Shown: positions 1 to 8,414, counted from the first letter of the stretch. The stretch is 20,000 nucleotides of DNA from an uncultured virus (IMG/VR IMGVR_UViG_3300009499_000296) (IMGVR_UViG_3300009499_000296), one strand, 5' to 3'. The notes: generated from the sequence alone by a model not told the origin. Numbers and translations: made by a program.

Positions 1-417
1 CCTTTTACCATCAACCATTCGTGTGAGCCTAAGGCCATGATAGCATGCCTTCACGTCAGCGTTCTCCTTGAAAAACCTGTCTATCTCCTCAAGACAATTA
101 GGGTAGAGGATGTCATCATCAGCCAGCCAGAGAATCAGCTCTGCTTGTTGCTTCAATTCTCTGAAGTACTTGTCATGAAGCACCACATGAACCGGCAGCC
201 GTTTTCTCTCATCGTCTGAGAACGCTTCTTCAAAGAGAGTGATCCTAGAGTCATTGAATGACTTAATCACCTCCATCGTCTTGGTCTTCTCAGTTGTACT
301 ATTGTCAACCACAGCGTAGATGAAATCGCCAAAGGTCTGAGCCAGCACGCTGTTGATCGCATCGCCAACATACCCTGGCTTATTGTACGACAGCGTCAAT
401 ATCCCGAACCTCTTCAA
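1..417 (-). CDS. Glycosyltransferase family 2 (GT-A fold), 3' end outside window
   Basis: Not in the ORF track. Manual translation from TTG at 417 (SD AGGAG upstream): MKRFGILTLSYNKPGYVGDAINSVLAQTFGDFIYAVVDNS...ILWLADDDILYPNCLEEI. Typical GT2 N-terminus (YN, SVLAQT, VVDN) and DxD motif (ADDD); open to position 1. Confidence 0.88.
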   Translation of the reverse strand, partial: MKRFGILTLSYNKPGYVGDAINSVLAQTFGDFIYAVVDNSTTEKTKTMEVIKSFNDSRITLFEEAFSDDERKRLPVHVVLHDKYFRELKQQAELILWLADDDILYPNCLEEIDRFFKENADVKACYHGLRLTRMVDGKR

Positions 418-420
418 TCT

Positions 421-1077
421 CTATCTCCTTCTCAAGTACCCACCAGGATTGGCAGTCACGAAAAATTTCTCCCGGGACCTATCTATGATGAATTGGTCGT
501 TGGTCTTCAGGAACTCTTGCACTGCTTCAAACGGCCCTTCCCCCCAGCCAGGCAACGTTGGGTGCCCATTGAGAGCCGTGTCCTCCACTATCATGTAGCT
601 ACCGGATGACACCAGCCCAGCATACACTTTCATCTCGGCAAGAACATGCGCCTTAATGTGATTTGAATCGAGATCAACTAGCACAACATCACCTGGTCGA
701 ATCAGCGACCTCACCCTGCCTACAATCTCAGGCGCAATAGATGAGCCCTTCAAAAAGGTGATTCCCTCGTGTACCGGCAACCCTTCAGGCTTGAACCAAT
801 CAAAGTGATGGTCTCCATGAATCGGCGGGTACTGAACATCTATACTCACCACCCTACCGCGACCAACAAGATCAAGAATGTTAGCCATGAACAGGGCGCT
901 GCCACCGAACTGCGTCCCGCACTCCACAATGATGTCAGGCTTCACCTCACTTATGATCTCCTGCAACGTCCAGAGATCCTGCGGATACTTTGACACCGGG
1001 TAGCCAAACCATCTCGTGTTCTGCCACACGTGTGAGTCAGAGTAGAACCGCTGAAACTCCTCAACTATCTTCTCCAT
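421..1077 (-). CDS. CmcI / cephalosporin hydroxylase-family SAM-dependent methyltransferase
   Basis: Motifs KYPQDLWTLQEII, KPDIIVECGTQFGGSALF, LVDLDSNH, GSYMIVEDT, GPFEAV and TANPGGYL are characteristic of the family. Confidence 0.9.
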   Translation of the reverse strand: MEKIVEEFQRFYSDSHVWQNTRWFGYPVSKYPQDLWTLQEIISEVKPDIIVECGTQFGGSALFMANILDLVGRGRVVSIDVQYPPIHGDHHFDWFKPEGLPVHEGITFLKGSSIAPEIVGRVRSLIRPGDVVLVDLDSNHIKAHVLAEMKVYAGLVSSGSYMIVEDTALNGHPTLPGWGEGPFEAVQEFLKTNDQFIIDRSREKFFVTANPGGYLRRR

Positions 1078-1111
1078 TTTACGGTCTGTCCCCCAAAGTT
1101 TAAGATACTTA

Positions 1112-1612
1112 TCATTTCCGTATCCAGCCTACTATTTCTGAGCCAGGCGTATTGGCTCTGCCATCTGTGGCTGTCTCCATACCTAGTCTCCTGAGACTTG
1201 GGCGGTACACCGACCAGTAGTGCTGCTCTGTTGGGTTGCCTTGATATACACCTTGGGGATACCTCCCCCAAGGCGCTGCTACTGCCAACAATTGATGTGT
1301 GATAGCAAGTAATCGCTCTATCACATGTGGAAACTCTTTCTGCTCAACGTGCTCAGGGCCATGCCACCACCAGACATAATCAAACCCATCCGATATAGGC
1401 AGCGCCCGCACATCACCAAGCACAATGTTACACAGACGCGGATCCCCCGTAAAGTCACGGGCGTTCTTGGGCCAGATCTCAAGAAGCGTAATTTCATTTC
1501 CAGCGTCAGCTAACTCGGTAAGCCAGGCACACGCATCTAGCCGGGCACCGATATACAACAGTGTCCCTGGCTTCTCAAAGGGCTCAGGAATATGGGGCCG
1601 AATGTCGTGCAT
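1112..1612 (-). CDS. Putative class I SAM-methyltransferase-fold protein
   Basis: TLLYIGA, TLLEIW, VLGDVRAL, FDYVWWWHGPEHV and AAPWG match the motif order of methyltransferase domains; lies in the glycan cluster. Confidence 0.6.
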   Translation of the reverse strand: MHDIRPHIPEPFEKPGTLLYIGARLDACAWLTELADAGNEITLLEIWPKNARDFTGDPRLCNIVLGDVRALPISDGFDYVWWWHGPEHVEQKEFPHVIERLLAITHQLLAVAAPWGRYPQGVYQGNPTEQHYWSVYRPSLRRLGMETATDGRANTPGSEIVGWIRK

Positions 1613-1723
1613 TATGTGACTAACTCCTTACCATAGTATGGATGAAGCTGCATCTTTGGGGGCATTATGCCCTTGTCAAACGGTTCGGGATACCACCACA
1701 CAACAGCGGGGTGTACGCTGTGA

Positions 1724-2602
1724 TCATACTATCTCCATAGTAGAGGGCATAGGTAGCCCACCTACTGCCTGCCTGACCATCTTCCCAAAGGTGTACTCAC
1801 CACACATCATCCGGTGAGTCCTTCGCCCCATCGCTTGCCACCAGTTGTAGTCATCGTTCAGCAGCCGAGCTGCTCTGCCTATTAGCTCATCGTACTCTAC
1901 TTCTATGATACAATGGTCGTCACCACCACGGGTGTAGGGGTAGGCGTCGCTACATGCCTCGGTAAGGATGGGCAATCCAAAGGCAGCGGCCAACGAGAAC
2001 CGCAGGGGCTCCAGGGCAGGGAAGTCATCCTGGTGAACGTTCAGCATGAAACCCGATTCACACAAGGCCTTCTTCCGCTCATCACCCCAACCGTTGGGAG
2101 CCATGCGGATGTTACGTTTTGTGAATTGGGCGCAGATGTGGTTACGTCTCCCATTCTGGTAGCTCATGTGAGCAAAGTCATACTCTCGGGGTCCCTTCTC
2201 TGTGGTGCCCAGCCCTGGGTGGCTCCCCAATATCACAAACCTCACCCGGTCATCATGCATGTGGAACACCAGGTATTTGTCACTGAGCCACACCTCATCG
2301 AAATACCAGTCATCCAGCGCCTCTTTGCATCCCTGCCTATAGGCTGCCATGCCGTAGGAGCCACCGGGGCGCTCAAGGCACCACCAGACCACTCTTGCTC
2401 TGTAATTATCATCTCGGTGTGCATCCCGGTGTGGCTTCCACTCCCCATTGAGAGGGGACACGATGTAGACTGCCTCACGAGAAAAGTTCACCTCATCCAC
2501 ATAACAAGTGGGAAAACCAGACAGCCCTACGAGCTTCCAGTAGTCAGTATATGAATCATATGAGTAGCGGGTTTGGGCGAATACTATGGGCCGTTCTGTC
2601 AC
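1724..2602 (-). CDS. Putative GT-B-fold glycosyltransferase-like protein
   Basis: GTG start at 2602 after GGAGG. C-terminal YDFAHMS...GWGDERKKALCESGFMLNVHQ...LEPLRFSLAAAFGLPILTE resembles GT-B nucleotide-sugar binding domains. Confidence 0.6.
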   Translation of the reverse strand: MTERPIVFAQTRYSYDSYTDYWKLVGLSGFPTCYVDEVNFSREAVYIVSPLNGEWKPHRDAHRDDNYRARVVWWCLERPGGSYGMAAYRQGCKEALDDWYFDEVWLSDKYLVFHMHDDRVRFVILGSHPGLGTTEKGPREYDFAHMSYQNGRRNHICAQFTKRNIRMAPNGWGDERKKALCESGFMLNVHQDDFPALEPLRFSLAAAFGLPILTEACSDAYPYTRGGDDHCIIEVEYDELIGRAARLLNDDYNWWQAMGRRTHRMMCGEYTFGKMVRQAVGGLPMPSTMEIV

Positions 2603-2606
2603 TTGG

Positions 2607-4229
2607 TTACCTCCATGGATGCCACCCGATAAGGGCCTGGAGTTCAGCGATCCTATCCAACCAGGTGTATTTCTCATGGACTAACTCGCTGCCCTCTCGG
2701 GCTATACGTTGTCGGATACTGTCGTGCTCCAAATAGTAGTCAATCTTGCGCACCAAATCATCGTAATCCGACCATGTTTCAAGGTGTATGCCCCGCTTAA
2801 ACTCTTCCTCGATGCCAGGGTAGTCGTGGGTCACGTAGAAAGCACCACTGCCCATCGCGCGAAACAGGCGGTTAGATGTGTAGCGGCGCAAAGAAAGGTG
2901 GGATTGTCCAACGGCGATCTTGCAAGTCCTGTAGCAGGCTGCTTCTTGGCACCAATCCAGCCTCTTGGTAGGAAAGGGCCAGCCAGCACCGTAGACACCG
3001 AAATTGTCGCCGTACCTTTGCCGAAGAAATTTCACCATATCCAAGCGGTGATCCGAGAGTGGGAAGTGACCTGGGTAATTGTTGCCAAGGAAGACAATCG
3101 GTGGGTAGCTATCCCCTGCATGGCTCCAAGGATGAAGAAGGTGATGCCACCAGCCAATCTGTAGGTAGTCTGCCTGTATACCACCCTTGCGGAACTCCTC
3201 TACCCAGTCCATGTTAGTAACCAGCGTCCAATCAATCTCCTTGCCCAGCTCGAAGTACCATCCAGGAATAGGAGCTCGCACGTCACCTGACCAGTTGACA
3301 ATCACCCGTCCCTCATCTTTCATCAGGCGAGCCGTTCTCACATCTATAATACCTGGGGTCTGCAACTGCATAAATACCAAACTGGGGTCCCATTGGTCAC
3401 AGGCAATAATCGCCTCCTCCCTGACCCTTGGCCCCAGCTTTCTCCAGTCTAACTGCTTGTATTCCCCCATTGACCTCAAGGCTCTCTCTAAGCCCGGTTG
3501 GTTTTCGCCTGGTACATTTAGAGCTATATGGAGTATCCTTCTTCTAAATCCTGTAGGTTCATCAATCCCTTTTCTCAAGGAGTAGAACTTCTCGCTATCA
3601 GGATTTACCCCCTCAGGGTTATTTATGTCTCTGAGTTTGTCTTTGGTTGCTAGGTCATGTACTCGGCAATCTCTCAACCCTACAACCTCGTAGCCCATCT
3701 CCATGATGCGACAACTTAACTCGCAGTCCCCTCCATAAGTGTAGAACATGTCGGACCACCACCCCGCTCTATCCCCCAGTTCCCTACGAGTCATCCCCTT
3801 GTTGGCGTAGACTCTTCCAAATACGTGGTCAAACCGATAGTCGGGGCTATACAGGTCGAAGGCAAAAGCCACCTGCCCCACTTCGGGATGGGCCTTCATG
3901 TAATTGTACGCCCGGGCAATGCAATCACCCTGTACTTCATCATCGTCATTGATGTGAACGCAAAAGGGAGCTCTTGCCAGCCTCCATCCAGCAGTGAAGG
4001 CCCGACAGGCTCCCGTGAGTTTGCCCTGTTCCACAACCAGCACATCTTCTTGTTGATGCAACCACGCCAGCGTACCATCTGTACTTCCAGCGTCTACGAC
4101 TATAATCTCATAGGGAATGTCTTCCACCGAGTCCCTAACGCAATAGATACACGACTTGAGTGCTTCCAGCCTATTCCAGGTGCCGAGGATGATACTTATC
4201 TCCACGTCACCTATTTGGTTTCCACCCAT
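2607..4229 (-). CDS. Two-domain glycosyltransferase: N-terminal GT2 plus C-terminal CgeB-like GT-B domain
   Basis: ISIILGTWNR, EIIVVDAGSTDGT and HINDDD (GT2); IVFLGNNY, FGVYGAGW, YTSNRLFRAMGSGAF and DLVRKIDYYLEH...RQRIAREG...YTW (CgeB-like). The true start may be GTG at 4205. Confidence 0.9.
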   Translation of the reverse strand: MGGNQIGDVEISIILGTWNRLEALKSCIYCVRDSVEDIPYEIIVVDAGSTDGTLAWLHQQEDVLVVEQGKLTGACRAFTAGWRLARAPFCVHINDDDEVQGDCIARAYNYMKAHPEVGQVAFAFDLYSPDYRFDHVFGRVYANKGMTRRELGDRAGWWSDMFYTYGGDCELSCRIMEMGYEVVGLRDCRVHDLATKDKLRDINNPEGVNPDSEKFYSLRKGIDEPTGFRRRILHIALNVPGENQPGLERALRSMGEYKQLDWRKLGPRVREEAIIACDQWDPSLVFMQLQTPGIIDVRTARLMKDEGRVIVNWSGDVRAPIPGWYFELGKEIDWTLVTNMDWVEEFRKGGIQADYLQIGWWHHLLHPWSHAGDSYPPIVFLGNNYPGHFPLSDHRLDMVKFLRQRYGDNFGVYGAGWPFPTKRLDWCQEAACYRTCKIAVGQSHLSLRRYTSNRLFRAMGSGAFYVTHDYPGIEEEFKRGIHLETWSDYDDLVRKIDYYLEHDSIRQRIAREGSELVHEKYTWLDRIAELQALIGWHPWR

Positions 4230-4246
4230 GCTCCATTCACCCCCTT

Positions 4247-4288
4247 AAATGTAGTCGGGCGATGGCCAAATGTAGTCGGATGATGGCC
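4247..4288. repeat. 2 x 21-bp imperfect tandem repeat
   Basis: AAATGTAGTCGGGCGATGGCC / AAATGTAGTCGGATGATGGCC; on the minus strand it encodes WPSSDYI-WPSPDYI* of a 16-aa micro-ORF. Confidence 0.9.
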
Positions 4289-4291
4289 AGG

Positions 4292-4429
4292 TCATCTTTC
4301 CCTCCGTCCCCTGTAGGGGCTGCGGTACCCCCTAGGGAGTCTCATCGGGACGTTTAAATCTTCTTCTGGCAAGCTGCCTCCCAGTCTCTTAATGGCCCAG
4401 TTCTTTATTCGTTGCCACAGCTTCTTCAT
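4292..4429 (-). CDS. Hypothetical basic protein, 45 aa
   Basis: ATG at 4429 after GGAGGG; MKKLWQRIKNWAIKRLGG... Confidence 0.6.
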   Translation of the reverse strand: MKKLWQRIKNWAIKRLGGSLPEEDLNVPMRLPRGYRSPYRGRRER

Positions 4430-4463
4430 TGTCCCTCCAGCAGTGGACTCGCTGCCAACCACT

Positions 4464-4715
4464 TCACGCCCGACGGTTCCGCTTGCGTGATTTTTTTGCC
4501 TGTTTTCGGGCCTTGCGCCGCTTGGCAGCCCACCCAGACAGCTTCCCACCCGAAGTCAGACTCACGTGTGCCTCCATAGAACCCGCTAGTTTCTTCTGAG
4601 CTGCTGTCTCGAGTTTGGGAGGCAGAACTTCATAGAGCTTAGCCCGCTCGGGAAAGTGGGCGCGTATTTGTTCTAGCAGTTCCTCTGATATGAGATGCCC
4701 GTCATTGGGATTCAT
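4464..4715 (-). CDS. Hypothetical protein with very basic C-terminus
   Basis: AAGGAGG SD; ends KRRKARKQAKKSRKRNRRA. Confidence 0.75.
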   Translation of the reverse strand: MNPNDGHLISEELLEQIRAHFPERAKLYEVLPPKLETAAQKKLAGSMEAHVSLTSGGKLSGWAAKRRKARKQAKKSRKRNRRA

Positions 4716-4759
4716 GTGTGCCTCCTTGTGGTCTAACCGGGCGGCATCCCGCCCAATCG

Positions 4760-5014
4760 CTACTCCTCCTTCGGCTCATCTTCCATCTCCTCCAGGATCG
4801 CAATAGTTTGGTCAGCCTCTTTGCGATCTGAGTCCTTTTTGGCTTCAAGCAGATCTGCATAGAAAGTATCCATGAGTTTCTGCCACCAGATAGCGTCAGG
4901 AGCTAGGATTACAAAAGCGCCTTGTTCTGTTTTGGTACATCGGCTAAATAAATGCCTCATCCAGCGAGACCATCTATCGTGCTCTAACTCTGCCAACCGC
5001 TCTCTCAGATTCAT
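4760..5014 (-). CDS. Hypothetical phage protein
   Basis: Starts at the terminase stop; MNLRERLAELEHDRWSRWMRHLFS. Confidence 0.75.
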   Translation of the reverse strand: MNLRERLAELEHDRWSRWMRHLFSRCTKTEQGAFVILAPDAIWWQKLMDTFYADLLEAKKDSDRKEADQTIAILEEMEDEPKEE

Positions 5015-6525
5015 CTACCTCTCCTCACACCCCTGTTCGCTCTCCTTATTCCTCTTCTAGCCCAAAGGTACGGAAGATTGTCCTGTCTCGGTTCTTTCAT
5101 CTGCCTCAAAGGGCGGATCATCCAGGCACTCATCATCAGACATGCCACCAGGTCCTGCGCTATCTTGTCGTCGGGAAGATCGTATTTCCGAGCTTGGGAT
5201 TTCATTCCCCGAATGAAGGGGAAGGACATACCCCGCAGCTCTAACACCATTCTCAGAGCATTGAGGAATCCGAACTTATCCCTTCTGAAGTTTAGCGGCT
5301 CGACTATGATTCCCTCTCTCTCGAAGACGAGCTCGTCCATGTACTTCTGCGTTCCGGTGGTGTCAAACCCACTGTGCCCAGGATACTTCTCCAGGCCATA
5401 CTTGAAGGATGTCATCCACGGCCCGATGCTACCGTTCCCGTACACCCAGTCAAGATAGACTAGTTCCGCCGGCTCCGCCGTTACGTCCCAGCTCATTACT
5501 ACGCCCGATCCGCGTTTGGGGGGGTTCCCCGAGCCCGGATCGCCTGCCGTGATATAAACGTGCCCGTCCTCGTAGGGAAGTTCCCATCTCACACAGCCTA
5601 TTCTTTCCACCTCCTGGTAGTCAGCTCCCATGACGCCATGCTCGATGAGGTCGTCCATCTGCTCCATCATTTCTACGCTCTCGCAGTTGTCGTAGTGACG
5701 CGCAGGGAGGAGCCTCCCCCTTACCTCGGGCCATTCACACTCAATGTAGGTCGGGACGTCCTCTTCCGGGGTGTCCGCTATTATCAAGCGCAACTGCTCC
5801 TCGGTCACGAAGGGGTTGTGCTTGGCCAGTATCTTGATGGAGATATGATCCGGGTTGTTCCCAAGCCCCCGCTCGTACCTCTCCTTGAGTACATCATCTG
5901 TCCCAGGGACGGTAGTGATGGTAAGAAGGCACAGTCTGGGAACTTGTGTACGTTGTCGGATGCCGCGAAGGCGGCTCCTCAGTGCCTTGACCGTCTCAGC
6001 AAAGTCTGCGATCAGAGCACCCTCGTCGATGTTGCCCTGGTCGAACTCCTCCCCCTCAAGGTAGTCCAGGTACTCCGGTTTAGCCGTCAGGAACTCCATC
6101 GTGGACCCGTTCCGGAACCTGATCTGGGGATAAGGGGCCGCTACAACCCTATCAAGGAGGTGCTCAAGTTTGTCGTTGTTGACGATCTCGTCCCTCAAGA
6201 AATCGTACATCAGTCTGGCCTGCCGCCCAATCGGAGCGAGATTGACGAACTTGAAATAGCTCTTGGTCAGACAGTTTGTAAACCCGAAGGCAGCCATGTT
6301 CGTAGTTTTCCCGCTGGCCCAAGAACCTAACCAAAACTGGTTAGGTTGAGGAGCATAGTACATGGGCTTGACAGCAGGGAGGAACTTGCGCCCCCAGTAC
6401 CACTCCAGGAGAATGTCCACATCCCCCGTCTGTTGGGCAGCTGCCAGTATCGCTATGTCATCGGGTTTCATGGCTCCGAGATGAGTGTCAAGGAGCTCAT
6501 GTTGGAATGTCTGTGGAAATTGCAA
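5011..6525 (-). CDS. terL: Phage terminase large subunit
   Basis: Walker A GSWASGKT, LAPIGRQA, IRFRNGSTMEF, Walker B GNIDEG, HNPF, RNase H-like ITAGDPG and C-terminal DLVACL. The start may be ATG at 6471 (MKPDD). Confidence 0.9.
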   Translation of the reverse strand: MQFPQTFQHELLDTHLGAMKPDDIAILAAAQQTGDVDILLEWYWGRKFLPAVKPMYYAPQPNQFWLGSWASGKTTNMAAFGFTNCLTKSYFKFVNLAPIGRQARLMYDFLRDEIVNNDKLEHLLDRVVAAPYPQIRFRNGSTMEFLTAKPEYLDYLEGEEFDQGNIDEGALIADFAETVKALRSRLRGIRQRTQVPRLCLLTITTVPGTDDVLKERYERGLGNNPDHISIKILAKHNPFVTEEQLRLIIADTPEEDVPTYIECEWPEVRGRLLPARHYDNCESVEMMEQMDDLIEHGVMGADYQEVERIGCVRWELPYEDGHVYITAGDPGSGNPPKRGSGVVMSWDVTAEPAELVYLDWVYGNGSIGPWMTSFKYGLEKYPGHSGFDTTGTQKYMDELVFEREGIIVEPLNFRRDKFGFLNALRMVLELRGMSFPFIRGMKSQARKYDLPDDKIAQDLVACLMMSAWMIRPLRQMKEPRQDNLPYLWARRGIRRANRGVRRGR

Positions 6526-6528
6526 CTG

Positions 6529-6765
6529 TCATGTCCTTGCCTCCGTAATCGTGCGAGTGGATATGTGCCATTCTACGGCCTCGCCAACCGCAGTCCCAGA
6601 GCCGGTTACCTCCCCGTTCTGAAGTATCGTGGCATCCCTATCTCCTATCTGGACATTCAGGGCCGGCTGACCGTAGATGTCATCGAGCCTCCGCGTCTTG
6701 ACAAAGCCGAGCGGCAGAAACGGGGGGCCAAACCTTTCTAGCAGCCTCTCCAATTCCTGAATCAT
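6529..6765 (-). CDS. Hypothetical protein, 78 aa
   Basis: AAGGAGG SD before ATG at 6765 (MIQELERLL). Confidence 0.7.
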   Translation of the reverse strand: MIQELERLLERFGPPFLPLGFVKTRRLDDIYGQPALNVQIGDRDATILQNGEVTGSGTAVGEAVEWHISTRTITEART

Positions 6766-6807
6766 CAGTAGCCTCCTTCGTGGGTGCATGGACTTTAATA
6801 GACACAA

Positions 6808-6973
6808 TGGAGATGCCGGGAGTCGAACCCGGGTCCGGGGATCAGTTGCGGAGCTGGTGTAGTCCCAGGGGTGTCCACTCCGGCCCGTTTGGGTCCCGTC
6901 GAGGCCCGGGTTGCGCTGGGATGCGCCGGCACATCCCCTGTAGCACTACCCCGTCGAAGCCTATTCCATCCCC
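6808..6973 (-). ncRNA. ssrA: tmRNA-like RNA, 166 nt, tRNA-like domain only
   Basis: 5' end GGGGATGGAATAGGCTTCGACGGGG; 3' end CCCCGGACCCGGGTTCGACTCCCGGCATCTCCA. Acceptor stem GGGGATG/CATCTCC with G3-U70 and discriminator A; T-arm CCGGG-TTCGACT-CCCGG; CCA not encoded. Confidence 0.88.
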
Positions 6974-7071
6974 TGTTGTAAACATCGCTGGTGGGTCCCC
7001 TATTTCCCCGTTACGGCCCTGTGAATGGCCTACCCACCCCGTCCCACTTGAAGGGGGGAGAATCAAGGAGG

Positions 7072-7350
7072 TTATAGTCTGCCCAGCTCGCCTACGATAC
7101 TGACCAGCGTCTCCAAGGCCTCCCGCGTGCGTCCCGAGATATAGGTTATGCCCCGGAGGATAGAGTCGATAGTAAATATTGGCGAGGTTTGGCCCTCAAC
7201 ACCCTTCCCTCTCGGCTCCATCTTCAAGACCGCCAGGATCTGGTCAACAACGTCCAGCAGCTCTGCTGTCTCTTTAGTTAGCTCTTCGAGACGCTCTCTT
7301 ACTGTAGTCTCTCTCGGATCTGTCCCCGTATGTGTTTGTGCCGTTGGCAT
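7072..7350 (-). CDS. Hypothetical protein, helical
   Basis: GAGGAG SD; tight packing with neighbours. Confidence 0.7.
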   Translation of the reverse strand: MPTAQTHTGTDPRETTVRERLEELTKETAELLDVVDQILAVLKMEPRGKGVEGQTSPIFTIDSILRGITYISGRTREALETLVSIVGELGRL

Positions 7351-7353
7351 CTT

Positions 7354-7749
7354 CTACTCCTCTCTCCAGGCATCGAGTGTCTCGGGATGTTCCCCGACAA
7401 ACCTCACCGCAATGGTAGCCAGGAGCTCATCCCACTTACCCCACTCAATGATGTCCACGAGGAGTTCTGCATCCTGCGGGTTGAGTCCCTGCCTGTTAGC
7501 CTCTAACAGTACTGCCTTAATTCGATTGCTCATTCGAGCCTCCTTGTATTCATCGAAAGCCTCGCGACCTTGCCAATCAAGTTCTGAGCTTAAGTGGATA
7601 GAAACCGTTGGTGCTTCTTCAATCGCGCCACAGAACAGGGGCCCCATTGTAAAATGCGCCAAGTAATCCCCTGCCTCTATAGGACTACCATCCCACGTCC
7701 CAGTGTTGCCAGCCGTATCTTTTGTGTCGCCTGTGTCACAAACGCTCAT
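7354..7749 (-). CDS. Hypothetical protein
   Basis: GAGGAG SD; overlaps the 3' end of the HNH gene. Confidence 0.65.
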   Translation of the reverse strand: MSVCDTGDTKDTAGNTGTWDGSPIEAGDYLAHFTMGPLFCGAIEEAPTVSIHLSSELDWQGREAFDEYKEARMSNRIKAVLLEANRQGLNPQDAELLVDIIEWGKWDELLATIAVRFVGEHPETLDAWREE

Positions 7750-8065
7750 ATTTCTCCTCGACTATTGCCCTGAGATAGTCCCTCATTCTCTCGCCTTGAT
7801 ACATCAGCAGCCGCAACTTCCTTGCCTTGCTCTCTGCTATTCTCCTTCCAGGTACAAGATACCCGTGGTGAGCAGCGTCGTGACAAGTGAGACAGAGGGT
7901 GACTACGTTGGTTTCAATGTCTAATCCCCCGCTCCCCCTGCTCTTGATGTGGTGAGGAGATAGCCCCATCGCCCCTCCGCAATTCAAACACTTCCCGTCA
8001 CGATGTAGAACCATTTCTCGTAACTTCAGCCAATCTGCCCCCTCGCTTCTATCCGACAACATCAA
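7736..8065 (-). CDS. HNH endonuclease
   Basis: W..LREMVLHRDGKCLNCG...PHHIKSRGSGG.D..TNVVTLCLTCHDAAH: zinc-binding HNH; near terL, as for HK97 gp74-type proteins. Confidence 0.9.
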   Translation of the reverse strand: MMLSDRSEGADWLKLREMVLHRDGKCLNCGGAMGLSPHHIKSRGSGGLDIETNVVTLCLTCHDAAHHGYLVPGRRIAESKARKLRLLMYQGERMRDYLRAIVEEKYERL

Positions 8066-8256
8066 TCTCCCTTCACTGCCCCGGCAAGCAACGCAAGCTG
8101 CTTTTCGCTCCTCTGCTCCAAGGCGAACAGCCAGTGATTGTGCGCATTCTGCGCAAACCCAATGGCCAACGCCTCCTCACACCCCAACTTCTTGGCGTGT
8201 TCGTACGCTGCATACGCCAGGTCTACCGCCCTCTCGTTTACCTGTGAGTACTTCAT
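8062..8256 (-). CDS. Hypothetical protein
   Basis: GGAG SD; start and stop overlap the neighbouring genes. Confidence 0.65.
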   Translation of the reverse strand: MKYSQVNERAVDLAYAAYEHAKKLGCEEALAIGFAQNAHNHWLFALEQRSEKQLALLAGAVKGD

Positions 8257-8414
8257 TATCGTAAACTCTCCTGTAGGACTATCCCAATCAAGGTCATCCG
8301 AATCTCCTCCTGAATTTCTGGGTCTGTGCTGTCCCAGACTGCATCGTACCCCTTCCGCTCGAAAAGATCGCGAATTATCGCCTCCGCTATGCGCTCCGCT
8401 TTCTCAAAGTTCAT
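8256..8414 (-). CDS. Hypothetical protein, 52 aa
   Basis: Manual translation: MNFEKAERIAEAIIRDLFERKGYDAVWDSTDPEIQEEIRMTLIGIVLQESLR*; ATGA and TAATG overlaps. Confidence 0.7.
   Translation of the reverse strand: MNFEKAERIAEAIIRDLFERKGYDAVWDSTDPEIQEEIRMTLIGIVLQESLR

Noticed and set aside
3705..3720. Additional repeat copy GATGCGACAACTTAAC, and similar half-matches near 5685, 14655 and 14920
   Set aside because: Only one arm plus the core matches, which could be chance.
1913..6330. Long plus-strand ORFs such as 1913-2554, 2709-3164 and 5560-6330
   Set aside because: They are antisense shadows of well-supported glycosyltransferase and terminase genes.
6808..6840. att-site duplication of an ssrA 3' end, or a permuted two-piece tmRNA
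   Set aside because: The matching 5' end is present upstream in normal order and pairs correctly; phage genes lie on both sides and no integrase is adjacent.
6780..7103. ORFs 6842-7066 (-) and 6780-7103 (+)
   Set aside because: They overlap the tmRNA-like gene, have Gly/Pro-rich composition typical of GC-rich structured RNA, and lack a convincing SD.
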